NCBI RefSeq assembly: GCF_037042905.1
Contig: NC_087252.1
Span: 1,242,001 to 1,306,000, forward strand
DNA length: 64,000 nucleotides
DNA from: Lytechinus pictus
Lineage: Eukaryota
Reading direction: 5' to 3'
Shown: positions 1 to 11,731 of the stretch, piece by piece
Numbering within the stretch: the first letter of the stretch is position 1
How the letters are laid out: each line of letters opens with the position of its first letter
The notes under the pieces: generated by a model
Told to the model about the DNA's origin: nothing
Databases searched by the model: none
The model's input: the letters and a program-made list of their open reading frames with translations, nothing else
Made by a program: the position numbers and the translations under genes

Positions 1-555
1 ACAATGAGGGAAAATATATAGATATATATACATTATACATACCATGCATTCATTATCATCTTTAAGGGGGTAAACATCGTCCAATTTACCCAAATCCATC
101 TCATTATAGTTTATCTTAACAAAATAAGAATCAATCTTAATTGAAGTTTCATATTGGTTCTTTATATCAGGAGTTCCAACATGTTTATCTTGGAGAAATT
201 AATCAGACCATCGCTGATTAAAATTATCTAATCAATTTCTGCTACATTTCAAGGACAAAGTAAGTAACTCAATATTCAATAATATTATTTGAACAGACAA
301 ATATTAACAGACACATAAGTTTATATTTATATCATGTATATAGAGGTTATTTTTTTACTAATTCGTTTGCTACTTGTTTATGTATACATCTCGAAAGTTG
401 TTATATTTCTTTATCAAATCGTGGTCCATCCAACGTCGTAAAGCGTTTGTTTGGCTTCAATTTCTTATGATTATCATAATTATACCGTGAAATATATGCA
501 CTACTCAAAATTCAATGACCCACAGTCATTTCCAGCTAGATACCCTTGCCCATGG

Positions 556-736
556 ATAATAATAATAATAATAATAGTCAGTTCTTGTATAGCGCATAAC
601 ACATTATAAATAACGTCTCTATGCGCTTCCAAAGGACTTGGATATTATTACCCTGGCTTTAGCCCCGCAGCCTTTTACAGCGCTGGGGCATTTCAAGGAA
701 TAAATTCCTGCCAGGTACCCATTCACCTCACCTGGA
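556..736 (-). mobile_element. 3' half of tRNA-derived SINE with (TTA)n tail
   Basis: Reverse complement shares the CCAGGTGAGGTGAATGGGTACC...AATTCCTTG...GCTAAAGC core with the full SINE at 8107-8381; ends in GCGCTATA...(TTA)n. Confidence 0.75.
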
Positions 737-2000
737 TACGGTTGTTGTTGTTTTTATTCATTTTGTTCTTTTTTCTGTTGCCATGGTTTTTTTTTTCAAT
801 TAATAATCCATCTCCCTGGCCAATCTTATTCCACTTCCGCCATTATCATGATTATTTCATTTTGTTTCTGATTTACTTTGCAAGATGTAATGGAGTTAAA
901 CCATTATCGTATACTGACTTGCTTTTATAATTTACGTATTTTTGCTTGTACAGTTTTATTTTTCTATCTGAATCATTTACCTTGTAAAGGCACGCTATTA
1001 GCTCTTGAATTTTGAAAACGATTTTAATGAAGCACATGTACTGCAACAGATTGGGCCAGAAATAAGAAATCAATGAGTACATTCTATATACAATTAGAAT
1101 GTCTGAAATAAAAGTCGTTTCGAACAAAAATAACAGAAAATACGTTTTCCTTTTGAAATTTAATACAATTACGATCACTTTTTGTGTGTGGAAAGTGTGA
1201 TTGATTTATATATATATATATATATATATATACAAGACGATAATGAAAACATTCACTACACTGAGCAAAATCATAGGCTTCCTTAGGGATGTCTAATATA
1301 CTTACATTGAACTACATATTAACTAATATATACATGTAATTGCATTATAAAATACATGTAAATAATATTCACATACGGATAAATGTATTACAAGCAAAGT
1401 AAAACATGCGACATATAACAATATCAAAGTATACATGAAGGGGGTCAGCACATGCACCCACCCCTTCCCCCAGATCCAGGGATATCTGTCTGTTGCATTT
1501 GATTCCCTACCCCCCCCCCCCCACCCATCAACTTTTCATGCTTTGAAATGTCCACGCTGTCTATCACGCATCTTGTCTAGTATGAACAAGAGAAATAAGA
1601 ATGTAAATTTGTATCAAGTATAATTATCTTTAGAATGCCCACTGCCCTCTAGCGCACCTTCCTTCAAAAGACGCTGGTTTTAATTGATCTTGATGCTATC
1701 AGTCAATTGCACTTGTTAAAAGGTATAAAGCGAGGAAGGGAAAATATTGATTTGCCATTTTTAAAAATAATCCATCGACCCTTTTTGCCGTCCTTTTAAA
1801 TCTGGTTTGCTAATGGAGCCTATTAATCATAGCAAATTGAGTATTTGTGTTTATATCTTTAAGGGGGTTGACGTTCTCCATCACTAAGTTATTGAACGTT
1901 ATTTGAGTGAAATTTGTACGTGTTGTTGTTGTTTAAAATTCCCGTCGGAAACAGGACAGTATTTTGATATGATTAATGAAAAAAAAATGTGAGAGCGCAG

Positions 2001-2250
2001 TACACTGTAAAAAATATTGGGAAAAATTTTAACCAGCACGAGGGTAATGATGTGTCCAACCAATTTTGGGCAGTATTTTACCAAATGCGGGAAGTATATG
2101 GTCCAGTAAGGTTAAAAAATAAGCAGCAATTACTTTGGAATGGGCAAACTTTTCGTCACACTGGATAAATAAAAATGCCCAAAATAAATGCCCAATTTGG
2201 TTGGACACATAATTACCCTCATGGAGCAATTTTACCCAATATTTTTGTAA
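2001..2250. mobile_element. MITE with CACTGTAAAAAATATTGGG terminus
   Basis: TACACTGTAAAAAATATTGGG at left, CCCAATATTTTTG at right, internal inverted segments. Confidence 0.55.
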
Positions 2251-2806
2251 AGTACCCAGAACAAAAAAGGGGGAAGATGGATATTAAAAGGAAACGTCTT
2301 CACTATGAAAATGAAAGGGTAAATGGGTAAAGCACCCTTCTAAATGGGCTGAGGGGTATCAACCTTGTAAAGGTAGATATGGCTGTCACTCCTTGACCCT
2401 TTTCCACTCTTTTCCATCTTTTTCGCCTTTTGTGTTTTAACTAAATAAAGTCCCTAAAGAGATACTTCAGTTGAAAGAACATGACATCACATGTAAGTTG
2501 CCCCCCCCCCCCCCTTCATCATTCCCTATGAAAATATCCAGGTGCCACCGCCCCCGTCTGTCACTGATTGGCTAGTTTCTATTTTTACAATATATTCATC
2601 TTCTACTCGTTAGTGAAACGAGTCGCTATCGCCTTCATTCAATCATCGCAATCCTCACAAAGCAGTCGGCACAATTATTAAACAATCAGCAGTCCATTGG
2701 TTGACGTTGACAAAATGGGGCATTTATTCCACGCACTTAGAAGGGATTTATCCGAATCAATAAGGAATGGATAACTTCAAGAGCTTCCAATAAATGACCG
2801 CCTTAC

Positions 2807-2956
2807 ACGTCGAGCCGGAAAAGTAGACGGTGTTTTAACAACTCTTCAATCAGAAAACCGTCGTCTGCGTTCGGCTGCTTTTATCCCGGCGCCCAGAGGA
2901 GGCCCGACACACGCACTCTGAGCATGCTCATCGCTCGCTAAAGAGGTTTCAATTGG
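2807..2956 (-). promoter_or_regulatory. Putative promoter and non-coding first exon of a minus-strand gene
   Basis: On minus strand: CCAAT (2952-2956), palindrome TGAGCATGCTCA (2919-2930), GATAAAA (2879-2885), then donor-like GT|GTAAGG near 2806; locally CpG-rich. Confidence 0.3.
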
Positions 2957-3446
2957 CATGAAACCTAAATCAAATGTTTACCAATTTTAAACTCGTTTCT
3001 CTTGCTACATCTCCGAAGCGTTGTGTGATAGTTATTAAACTGAGTGGTTCTATCGACAAATTGTCTTCGGAAATGAAATGTGTCTACATAATCCAATTCC
3101 ATGGCCTAGTATCTGATGTTTCACAAGGAATGGATAGCTTCTAGTATTTTCAATAGATGACCGCCTTACACTTAATATTATGCTATACGTATATCGAGAG
3201 GGAAATGTGTTAGATATGGTGAGTTTCTGATCATTTAATGTTTTCTTTCAAAACCTAGGATGTGTCAGGTTTCGACACCTCCCAACCCCGCCCGAATAAA
3301 AGCTTCTTTTTTGCCTACTAAAAGCTTGTTCACTCCAGTTCATAACTAATTTATATGATATGTGTGTCCTCAAACTATCATGGTGCCGATGATATGACTT
3401 TTGCAAATTTACATCACAAAAAATCGACTCCTCGGTATAGTATCCC

Positions 3447-4401
3447 TGCTTGAAATAGCAGTGTCACAGTGTGTTCACATTGTGTTCATAGTGAGTTCAC
3501 ATTGTGTTCATAGTGTGTTCACATTGTGTTCATAGTGTGTTCACAGTGTATTCATAGTGTGTTCATAGTGAGTTCACATTGTGTTCATAGTGAGTTCACA
3601 TTGTGTTCATAGTGTGTTCACATTGTGTTCATAGTGTGTTCACAGTGTATTCATAGTGTGTTCATAGTGAGTTCACATTGTGTTCATAGTGAGTTCACAT
3701 TGTGTTCATAGTGTGTTCACAGTGTGTTCATAGTGTGTTCACAGTGTATTCATAGTGTGTTCATAGTGAGTTCACATTGTGTTCATAGTGAGTTCACATT
3801 GTGTTCATAGTGTGTTCACAGTGTGTTCATAGTGTGTTCACAGTGTATTCATAGTGTGTTCATAGTGAGTTCACATTGTGTTCATAGTGAGTTCACATTG
3901 TGTTCATAGTGTGTTCACAGTGTGTTCACGGTGTATTCATAGTGTGTTCATAGTGAGTTCACATTGTGTTCATAGTGAGTTCACATTGTGTTCTTAGTGA
4001 GTTCACATCGTGTTCACTGTGTGTTCATGGCGTGTCAATAGTGTGTTCACATAGTGAACGTTGTGAAGATGTGACTCACGCTGTTAAAATTGTCAAAATC
4101 TAAGAGTGACAATAATTTCACACTCGACAGTGTGAGTGTTTACATAGTGGACACACGATGAACACATTGTGAACACACTATGAACACACTATGAACACAC
4201 TTTGAGCACACTATGAACACACTATGAACACACTTTGAGCACACTATGAACACACTATGCACACACTGTGAACACACAATGAACACACTATGCACACACT
4301 ATGAACACTGTGAACACACCCTGAACACACTATAAACATACTCTGCACACACTGTGAACGCACTATGAACACACCATGGAACACTGTGTTATTTTCAGTA
4401 G
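3447..4401. repeat. Foldback-type element made of two opposed arrays of an 11-bp repeat
   Basis: TGTGTTCAYAK array at about 3465-4050; reverse-complement array at about 4150-4390; related inverted termini CTGCTTGAAATAGCAGTGT / ACACTGTGTTATTTTCAGTAG. Confidence 0.8.
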
Positions 4402-4675
4402 CAATGAAATAGCTTATATTAGGCGAGATATCTATAAAATGGTATCTCAATAACTAAAGCTCTTTCCTTTGATGTTCTTTATACATAATGTTTTGAAGAA
4501 GCCATACACGTAACAAATTTCTTTTTTTTATAATTATGCGGGGGTTAACTTTTTTTTATGATGTAGGCCTATATAGTCACGTTTACATTCACATGTTTTT
4601 AAGTTTTCCCTTTCTAAAAGAGTTGAGTTGAGTGTTTTCCATTGTACCTCCCTTTCTCAATATCACAGAAGACCC

Positions 4676-4727
<52 letters not shown>

Positions 4728-5576
4728 CATATAAATCGTAAACTTATCACGATCGCATAACACCTCTAAATAAGAACACATCATCATTTAAAGGTTACGG
4801 GGTATTGGATATCATATCTCTGGTTTTAATTTGTTTGCATTGAAAATGTGTGCTTTTCAATGATGAAGTGCCAATATTGCCCCACGGGGTTTTTGAAAAA
4901 AGTGCAAAGGCAGGATGCGAACCGTGTCCAGATTTGAATAAGGCCTACTGATTTCAGTCAGGATAACGGGACTATAGGAAAATGCATGAATACAATGTAT
5001 CATCGAGATAGTTTTCGATGCTACTGGCGCATCGTAGGGTCTGCGCATGCGCTATGGATTGGGTCCTCGTCCTTTTTACCATCCTTCACAGTATGTGTTC
5101 GTTCGGCCTATGCTACAGATACAGCAACGAAAACCGTTCTAAACCAACCAATGGTATGGTTTTCGAACTAATGCAATAGCTTTGATCGTATAAAGCTGGT
5201 TTCGTCGGTGTGAATATAGCATTACCTTACATCCAAACACTGGAGTTCAGTAGGGGCAGCTCCAGGGGCTCGTGCCCCCCCCCCCCTCAACAAAAAAAAA
5301 TGTTTTACAATCAAGGGGGAAATGAGAAAAGGAAAGAAAAAGATAGGAAAAAGTCAAATCTGATATCATGTACTAAATAGCAAGCCAAGGATCTTCGACA
5401 AAATTTCCAAAATTTGTGCTCGTTCCTTTCATTATCTCGCAGCTTTATGAAAATAAAATTCCCCAAAGGCCATGTCTGGCCCCTCAAAATATTCTGCTCT
5501 TTACGCCACTGCATCCAATGACTAATTGCGTTAAAAATGGTACTATAATTGAATCTTCACCACCCCCCCCCCAAAA

Positions 5577-5612
<36 letters not shown>

Positions 5613-6919
5613 GGGTGTGTGTGTGTATACCATGGTTACAATGCTGTATATCCAGCATTCAATATCAAGGGTTCCATGTATATACATGTAGTAAATGAAT
5701 AGATAATAAAACAGACGAGTGATTTGTTTGAAATCATTTGATGCCGAAAGTCCGTGCCTTATCATTCCATTTGTGTTTCGCAGTTTCACAAAACACAGTG
5801 ACGCAATAGGCATAATATGAATAGAATAATATGGTTTATTCTGCCTTCATTTAGGAACACTGTAGGGGCGGCCCCAGGAACTCAATTTTATTCATTTAGA
5901 TATTATTTTATTTCATGTTTGTTTGATGTTGTTTTGTTGTTTGCTTTTATTTCTGCGTTCAAAGAATACAATATCAAATGTGACATAATTATATGCAATA
6001 TACAAAATAATCCATAACATTAACAATATAATCATAATACATAATGAATACAAAATAATGATTATGAGCATAAACTTGACTTTTTGAAAAAAAATTATAA
6101 TAATAATATTTAATGAACGCAGGAGACCGCCATCATGATGGCGGCCTCATAAAAAAGGATCGTGACTGAGATTTATATATACTGATCAAGTGGGTGCAAT
6201 GTAGGTGCAGGTACGGGTGCTGTAGATAGCAGTCTAGAGTGATATAAGACTTTTTTTTTTGTCGTTAAAATAATTCCACTTTATTGATTGTTTTAAAATA
6301 TTTCATTATCTGTTAATGAAAACCAAAAAACAAACTAACAAACAAGCAAGAAAACAACAAAACAAAATTAACAGGCAATAACTCATTAAATTAGTAACTT
6401 GCTCATAGCCTTGGTTGTGCAAAAATGGTAAGAGTTTGAGAAAGACACATGGGGGGTTTGACAATGGACATAAGCCCCCGTCTGCTTATAAAGTTGTACA
6501 CAATGTGAAGGCAATGATGGAAAGCGCTCTCTTATGTGCTCATGTTTTGAAGCGAGTATGAAAATAGTCAAATTTTCAGGTGACGACATTTTAAATTAAC
6601 CTTTTCATCTGCTTATTTTTTGCTTGAAAGATTTTGGGCAGGGAATGATCAAATTCACTTTATGTAGCTTGGGTAAGGGGATTAAATTTTGATCCTTTTG
6701 GAAAAAAAGAACCCATTTCCCTATTTTTTGTTAGCATTGCCATAGGCCGATCAAATCTTCACGTTAAACATATCGCATCGCGAAAAAGTTTAATAATGCA
6801 AACATCGTAAAATCGAAATTAGTTTTTGTCTCACCTGCGAAGCAGAGTGGTGAAATAAGAAATTTTAATTGGCGAATGTGGGTATTTGTGTGGTTGTGTT
6901 AATTTGGAGTATGGGTTGA

Positions 6920-7125
6920 CTATGATTGAGTGATATTTCTTTTAAGAGAAGCTTTTAAGGAGTATAAGGTGGAACAAGATTTAATATTGTCTGCAAGATT
7001 ATTCCAAATGTTAGGACCATGATGTCGAAATGATTTAGAGGTAATGAAAAGTCTGGGATTTGTGAGATAAAAGTTTCCAGATGTACGAGTTGGGAAGGTA
7101 TGGACAGAACTATTGAAATTTAAAT
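6920..7125 (-). mobile_element. CR1/L2-group LINE 3' fragment (ORF2 C-terminus)
   Basis: Translation HTFPTR...SFRHHGPNIWNNLADNIKSCSTLYSLKASLK fits the HxYxTR...GxxxWNxLxxxIK...FKxxLK tail of CR1/L2 ORF2. Confidence 0.7.
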
Positions 7126-7525
7126 AAAACAAAACAAACAACTTGTTTAAATAAAAGAAAATGGATGGGTATAGATGAAAGACACAGGGTTATCCCATGG
7201 AGCTATTTATAGCTCCATGATTATCCATTGCTAAAATTTTCCTGCCATTAATCAGCATTAATTGGAAATAAATGCCTTTTTTTGGTTTGTTATTTTTTTT
7301 TTGTATAAATCACCCCCCCCCCCTTAGAAAATCCTGGATCCGACCCTGTGGATATCCTTTTCTATCATCATTATTAGTTTTACCGGTACATCTGTTCCCT
7401 TCCTTTTTCCCATGTCTCTTTTTATCTTGCATTCCTTGAAAAATCAAATGCGGAGGCTACCAAAGCCTGATCCCAACCCCTAGGATTCCCCCTAGGCTGT
7501 TGGTGTAAAATCAGCAACATCAGTC

Positions 7526-7803
7526 CAGGGCCCTCGGAAAGATTTTTTTTACAGGGGGTGCTGATGGAAATTTGACTAGCAAAAAAAAATGGTTTCACAA
7601 AAAAATGAAAGTTATTTTAGTCCCGAGAAATTTGACAAGCAAAAAAGGGGGGTCAGTACACAAAGTAGGTCATTTTGGTTATATGTCTCCATTTTTTCAC
7701 ACCTACAGAATTCCAGGGGGTGCTGCCTATGGAGAATAACACCCGCAGCACCCCCCAAGAAAAATCTTGGGGGCGCTTTAGCACCCCCGCTTCCCGGGGC
7801 CAT
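7526..7803. mobile_element. GC-ended MITE (CAGGGCCC-type terminus)
   Basis: CAGGGCCCTCGGAA...TTCCCGGGGCCATG ends; a homologous segment occurs inverted at 22020-22286. Confidence 0.55.
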
Positions 7804-8106
7804 GGAAATCACAATTAGCATGATTAGGTCTAATCACAGCGTGCAGCTCAATGCATTGGTTAGAATAAAAAATTGTTCAAGTACTTTATCAGTGGACCAC
7901 ATTGTTTTAAGATACAGATCTTACGGTATGACATTAAAAATGCAGTGACGTTAGTTATGATGCAGATTTTAAAAGGAACTTAGTAGAACAGAAACAAATG
8001 TTATACGCCACAGGACATCATTTTGACACCGTTTCTTTTTCTATAACCGATGACAGTCAGATCTTTTAGATGTATTTATGATTTTTCCCTCAATTTTTCA
8101 TCTTGT

Positions 8107-8381
8107 GGGCGCATCGTGGTCTAGTGGTCCTGACTCTCGCCTTTCAAACAGAGGGTCGTGAGTTCGAATCCTAGCCATGGCGTGTTTTCCTTCAGCAAGA
8201 AATTTATCCACACTGTGCTGCACTCGACACAGGTGAGGTGAATGGGTACCCGGCAGGTTTAATTCCTTGCATGCACTGAGCGCCGGTGATGGTAGCTCGA
8301 GCTAAAGCAGGGGTTATAATAGCAGCACTTTGTATCCTCTGGCAAAAAGCGCTTTATAAATCCAGCTATTATTATTATTAT
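8107..8381 (+). mobile_element. Full-length tRNA-derived SINE
   Basis: Pol III A box TGGTCTAGTGG (8117-8127), B box GTTCGAATCC (8162-8171), central domain shared with two other copies, AAGCGCTTTATAAAT and (TTA)n tail. Confidence 0.9.
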
Positions 8382-10239
8382 TTTTTTTTTTTTATTATCT
8401 TTCATTTTGTGCTTGTATTCTAGTCATTTTTACTATTTTCAACTCGGGTTTAGCCGGAACACAATCATTTCTTACTTTGGAATACTGGGCGGTGGAACGA
8501 ATTTGAAAGAGGTGGGGACTGGACATGCATAAAACCAAGTTTTAGTAATTTTACACGATATTTTCTTTTTAACATTGTTGCTGAAAATGGGGGCTGAACG
8601 CCCACACCCCCCCCCCCCCCTTCCACCAGATAATGCCCATTTTACCAACCTGAAGATGTTTCATGTTTATAAGGTCTTTTTTTAATAGTCTCTTTTATAA
8701 AGTGTTGCTCGTGAACGATAGTGTATCAGTATAGTATATACCCCATGTCTCCTGAATTTTACAAATTCGTTTTCATTTTACTTCATTATGGAATTATTTG
8801 ATTAATCTCCATGTACTGTTTTTTGTTTGATTTCAAAGATGTGAAAATGAATGAATTTGAATTCGAATTTTGCATTTCTCATACATGCTTTGTAATCAGG
8901 GATCACCCTACTAATGTAGCCAGTCGGGTTGACGACGTATACGGCATTGATCATGTTGATTTCAGAGATAAACTACTTTTCATCACGTTAGTTGAAATTG
9001 TCGAAGAAAGTCGAAAGTGAGAGAGCGAAGCGACCGAGATTGTCATCGGGGCAAGTTTCCATTTAATAAAAGAAGAATTAAAGTATTCAATGCACACTTT
9101 TGGTGACTTTTTGTTTTATTTTTCAATTTAAAAAAATGTAAGTTTTCACAATTTCGAGGGGTCAACTGCCCCCATCCTCCGCTGCGTACGGCCACGAATG
9201 AAATGGTGACCATCATGATGGAAATAAATACAGTAAAAGACGATACACCCACAGCATAGACATGATAAATAATGCCTCTCGCCTGGTACAGACTGACTTT
9301 AACCATGTGCATCAATCAACAGTTTTCCATTTGCAAATTGGTACGAATGGACAAAATGTAAAATATCTCAAACAAAAGGTCTGAATCAAGCAGCTTTCTT
9401 TTCAAAATGTGAATACCACTTTCATTTCGTGCCCTCCCCCCTTTTGAGAAGCAAAAAAAAAATTGAACCCCTTTTATTTTTTTGCTTGTCAATTTTTTTC
9501 GGGTACGAAATATCCTTAATTTGTGGTTGAAAACCCTTTTTTTTTTTTGCTTTTTGGTAAATCCTGGATCCGCCCCTGGAGAATACTACTCCAGGTTTTA
9601 TTTTCGTCAATAACGTCTTCGTGAAATGTTATTCTTGTTTTATTCATTCTTGTTCCCTTTTTCTCCTTTGTTTCTTTCTTCTTGTTTGTTATTACGTATA
9701 AACCTTCGTCGAGACAAAATCGTTCTTGTTTGTCGTTTATGGGTTGCGTGCGTCACATTACATAAATTAAGCTTTTGGGTGAATCTCCTTTTTCTCATAT
9801 ATTATTGTGTGTGTTGTCAATTATAGTATATAGATTAGAAGAATGTTATCTACGTCTATACGTTTTCTTTGTTTGTTTAATTATGTATCTATTCATTTCT
9901 TTTCTAGCAAAAGGAATACAAGAAAATTACAAATACAAGAAAATCGAAAGACCCATCGACCGGTGGCCATGAATAACCCAAAGGACACTAGTTCCCATCA
10001 AAGGTTATATCCCACGAACGGTTAATAGTTTTACAAATTATGCTACCGAATGTAAATTTTGTGTGCGTTCGTATTTTTCTGCTGGAAATGAATGCATATG
10101 AAATGATTTCGTACAGTACTTACAAATATCTGTGCAACCTTCTTACAATGATTGAACACCATCGTTATATTTCAAATAATACTATGTACAAATTTGCTTT
10201 ATACTTCAAACAAATCAGCAACGTTCAGCATGTGTTTAA

Positions 10240-10810
10240 AGGACAAGTTTACCCCAACAAAAGGTTGATTCAAATAAAAAGAGAAAAATCCAACAAGCAT
10301 AACGCTGAAAATCTCATCAAAATTGAATGTGAAATAAGAAAGGTATGACGTTTCTAAGTTTCAATTAATATCACAAAACAATTATATGCGTTATCCCGAT
10401 GACATCACTCACTCACTAGTTCTTTTGTATTTTATTATATGAAATATGAAATATTCTAATTTTGTCCTCATGGTAATGTGAACGAAGTTTTATTTTACCC
10501 TGAATATGTGGAATTACCATTGTTTTGACATTTTATGGTTCGGTCAAGTTGGTTCTTATTTGTCATTTTTTTATTATTAAATATTGTATAATTCAACAAT
10601 AAAAACCAAAAGAAAGAGTGACATGGACATCGTCAACTCTCTCATTTGCATGTCACTGTGTTGTGCATATAACTATTTTTGTGAAAAATAAGCGAAACTT
10701 TAAAATGTCATAACTTTCTTACTTTACATCCTATTTTGATTTTCAAAATTATGCTTGTTGGATTTCTTTCTTGATTCAAATCAACATTTTTCCTGGGGCG
10801 TGCTTGACCT
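10240..10810. mobile_element. Non-autonomous TIR element with TTAA target duplication (Kolobok-like)
   Basis: TTAA|AGGACAAGTTTACCCCA...TGGGGCGTGCTTGACCT|TTAA; interior related to 52460-53057. Confidence 0.7.
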
Positions 10811-11473
10811 TTAATATGGTACGGTTCACAAAAGGTCTCGTTACTTCTTCATTGCTACTATGATTTATAGACAGCTGGAGCTGCATGAGGAGAGGATTAA
10901 GTCACTTAAATCATGCTTACATCCCACGAAGTTCACGAAAGTTTTTCAGTCCTTTCAGTTATTCGAATCCCTCGATTTCCCATCGTTATCGTCAAAGGTC
11001 TTCCGGTAATAATCATATCTTGCGGCGATAGCAGGGATAATCTTAAGTCCATCAATGTTCTAAATATAATGATACTTAAGGAAAATCGCATGCATTTATC
11101 ATGACTTGATTCTGTGAATCTGTAGAAAGTATACACTTTGATACAAAAAAGGTCTTGAAACCTTTTTTTCGCATGTAAAGGGTAAGCATGGAATTTTCCT
11201 TTTTTTCAAAATTCAATTTCTTTATGACATGGAAAAAAAATTTTGAGTAAAAGTTAATTTCAGAAAATAGTTCCTTCTAGCATATTTATGGTTAGCAAAA
11301 ATGAATTTTCAGGTGTTGTTTTTCCCCCAACTTATCATGAGTAAATGCTTATTAGACAACCTTTTTTTTTAATTAGTTTTCACCATAGGACCTAATGCCT
11401 TTGTCTTAAGCGCGTCTTTTTTTCCCTAAACCCTACAGCAAGAAATACATAGGCCTTCTGAGATAGTTACAAG

Positions 11474-11731
11474 CAGTGGCGGATTCAGGAAGGGCACAGT
11501 CGGCCCGTGCCCCCCCCCCCCTTGTGAAGCAAAATTAAAATATGTAATGTAAAAATGCCATTAAAACATAAGTGTGCCCCCCCCCCCCTTGAAAGTGATG
11601 ACCTTTTTTTTTTTTTTGATTGTCAATTTTTTTCGGGGACGAAATATCATACCTTTTTTTTTCTTGTCATTTTTTTCCTAGGAAAAATGTGCCCCCTCCC
11701 CCTTTTTTGAAAAATCTTGGATCCGCCCCTG
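11474..11731. mobile_element. hAT-like MITE
   Basis: TIR CAGTGGCGGATTCAGGA / TCTTGGATCCGCCCCTG; 8-bp TSD GTTACAAG / GTTGCAAG. Confidence 0.8.

Noticed and set aside
171..259. Possible plus-strand exon (TATCAG|...AAA|GTAAGT)
   Set aside because: The ATG frame stops within the segment and no partner exon was found; cannot be supported from sequence alone.
3465..4050. CRISPR-like regular repeat array
   Set aside because: Contiguous 11-bp units without unique spacers, no cas genes, eukaryotic context.
8107..8180. tRNA gene (also 51725-51795)
   Set aside because: A and B boxes are present, but the acceptor stem is poor and the sequence continues into a SINE body and tail.
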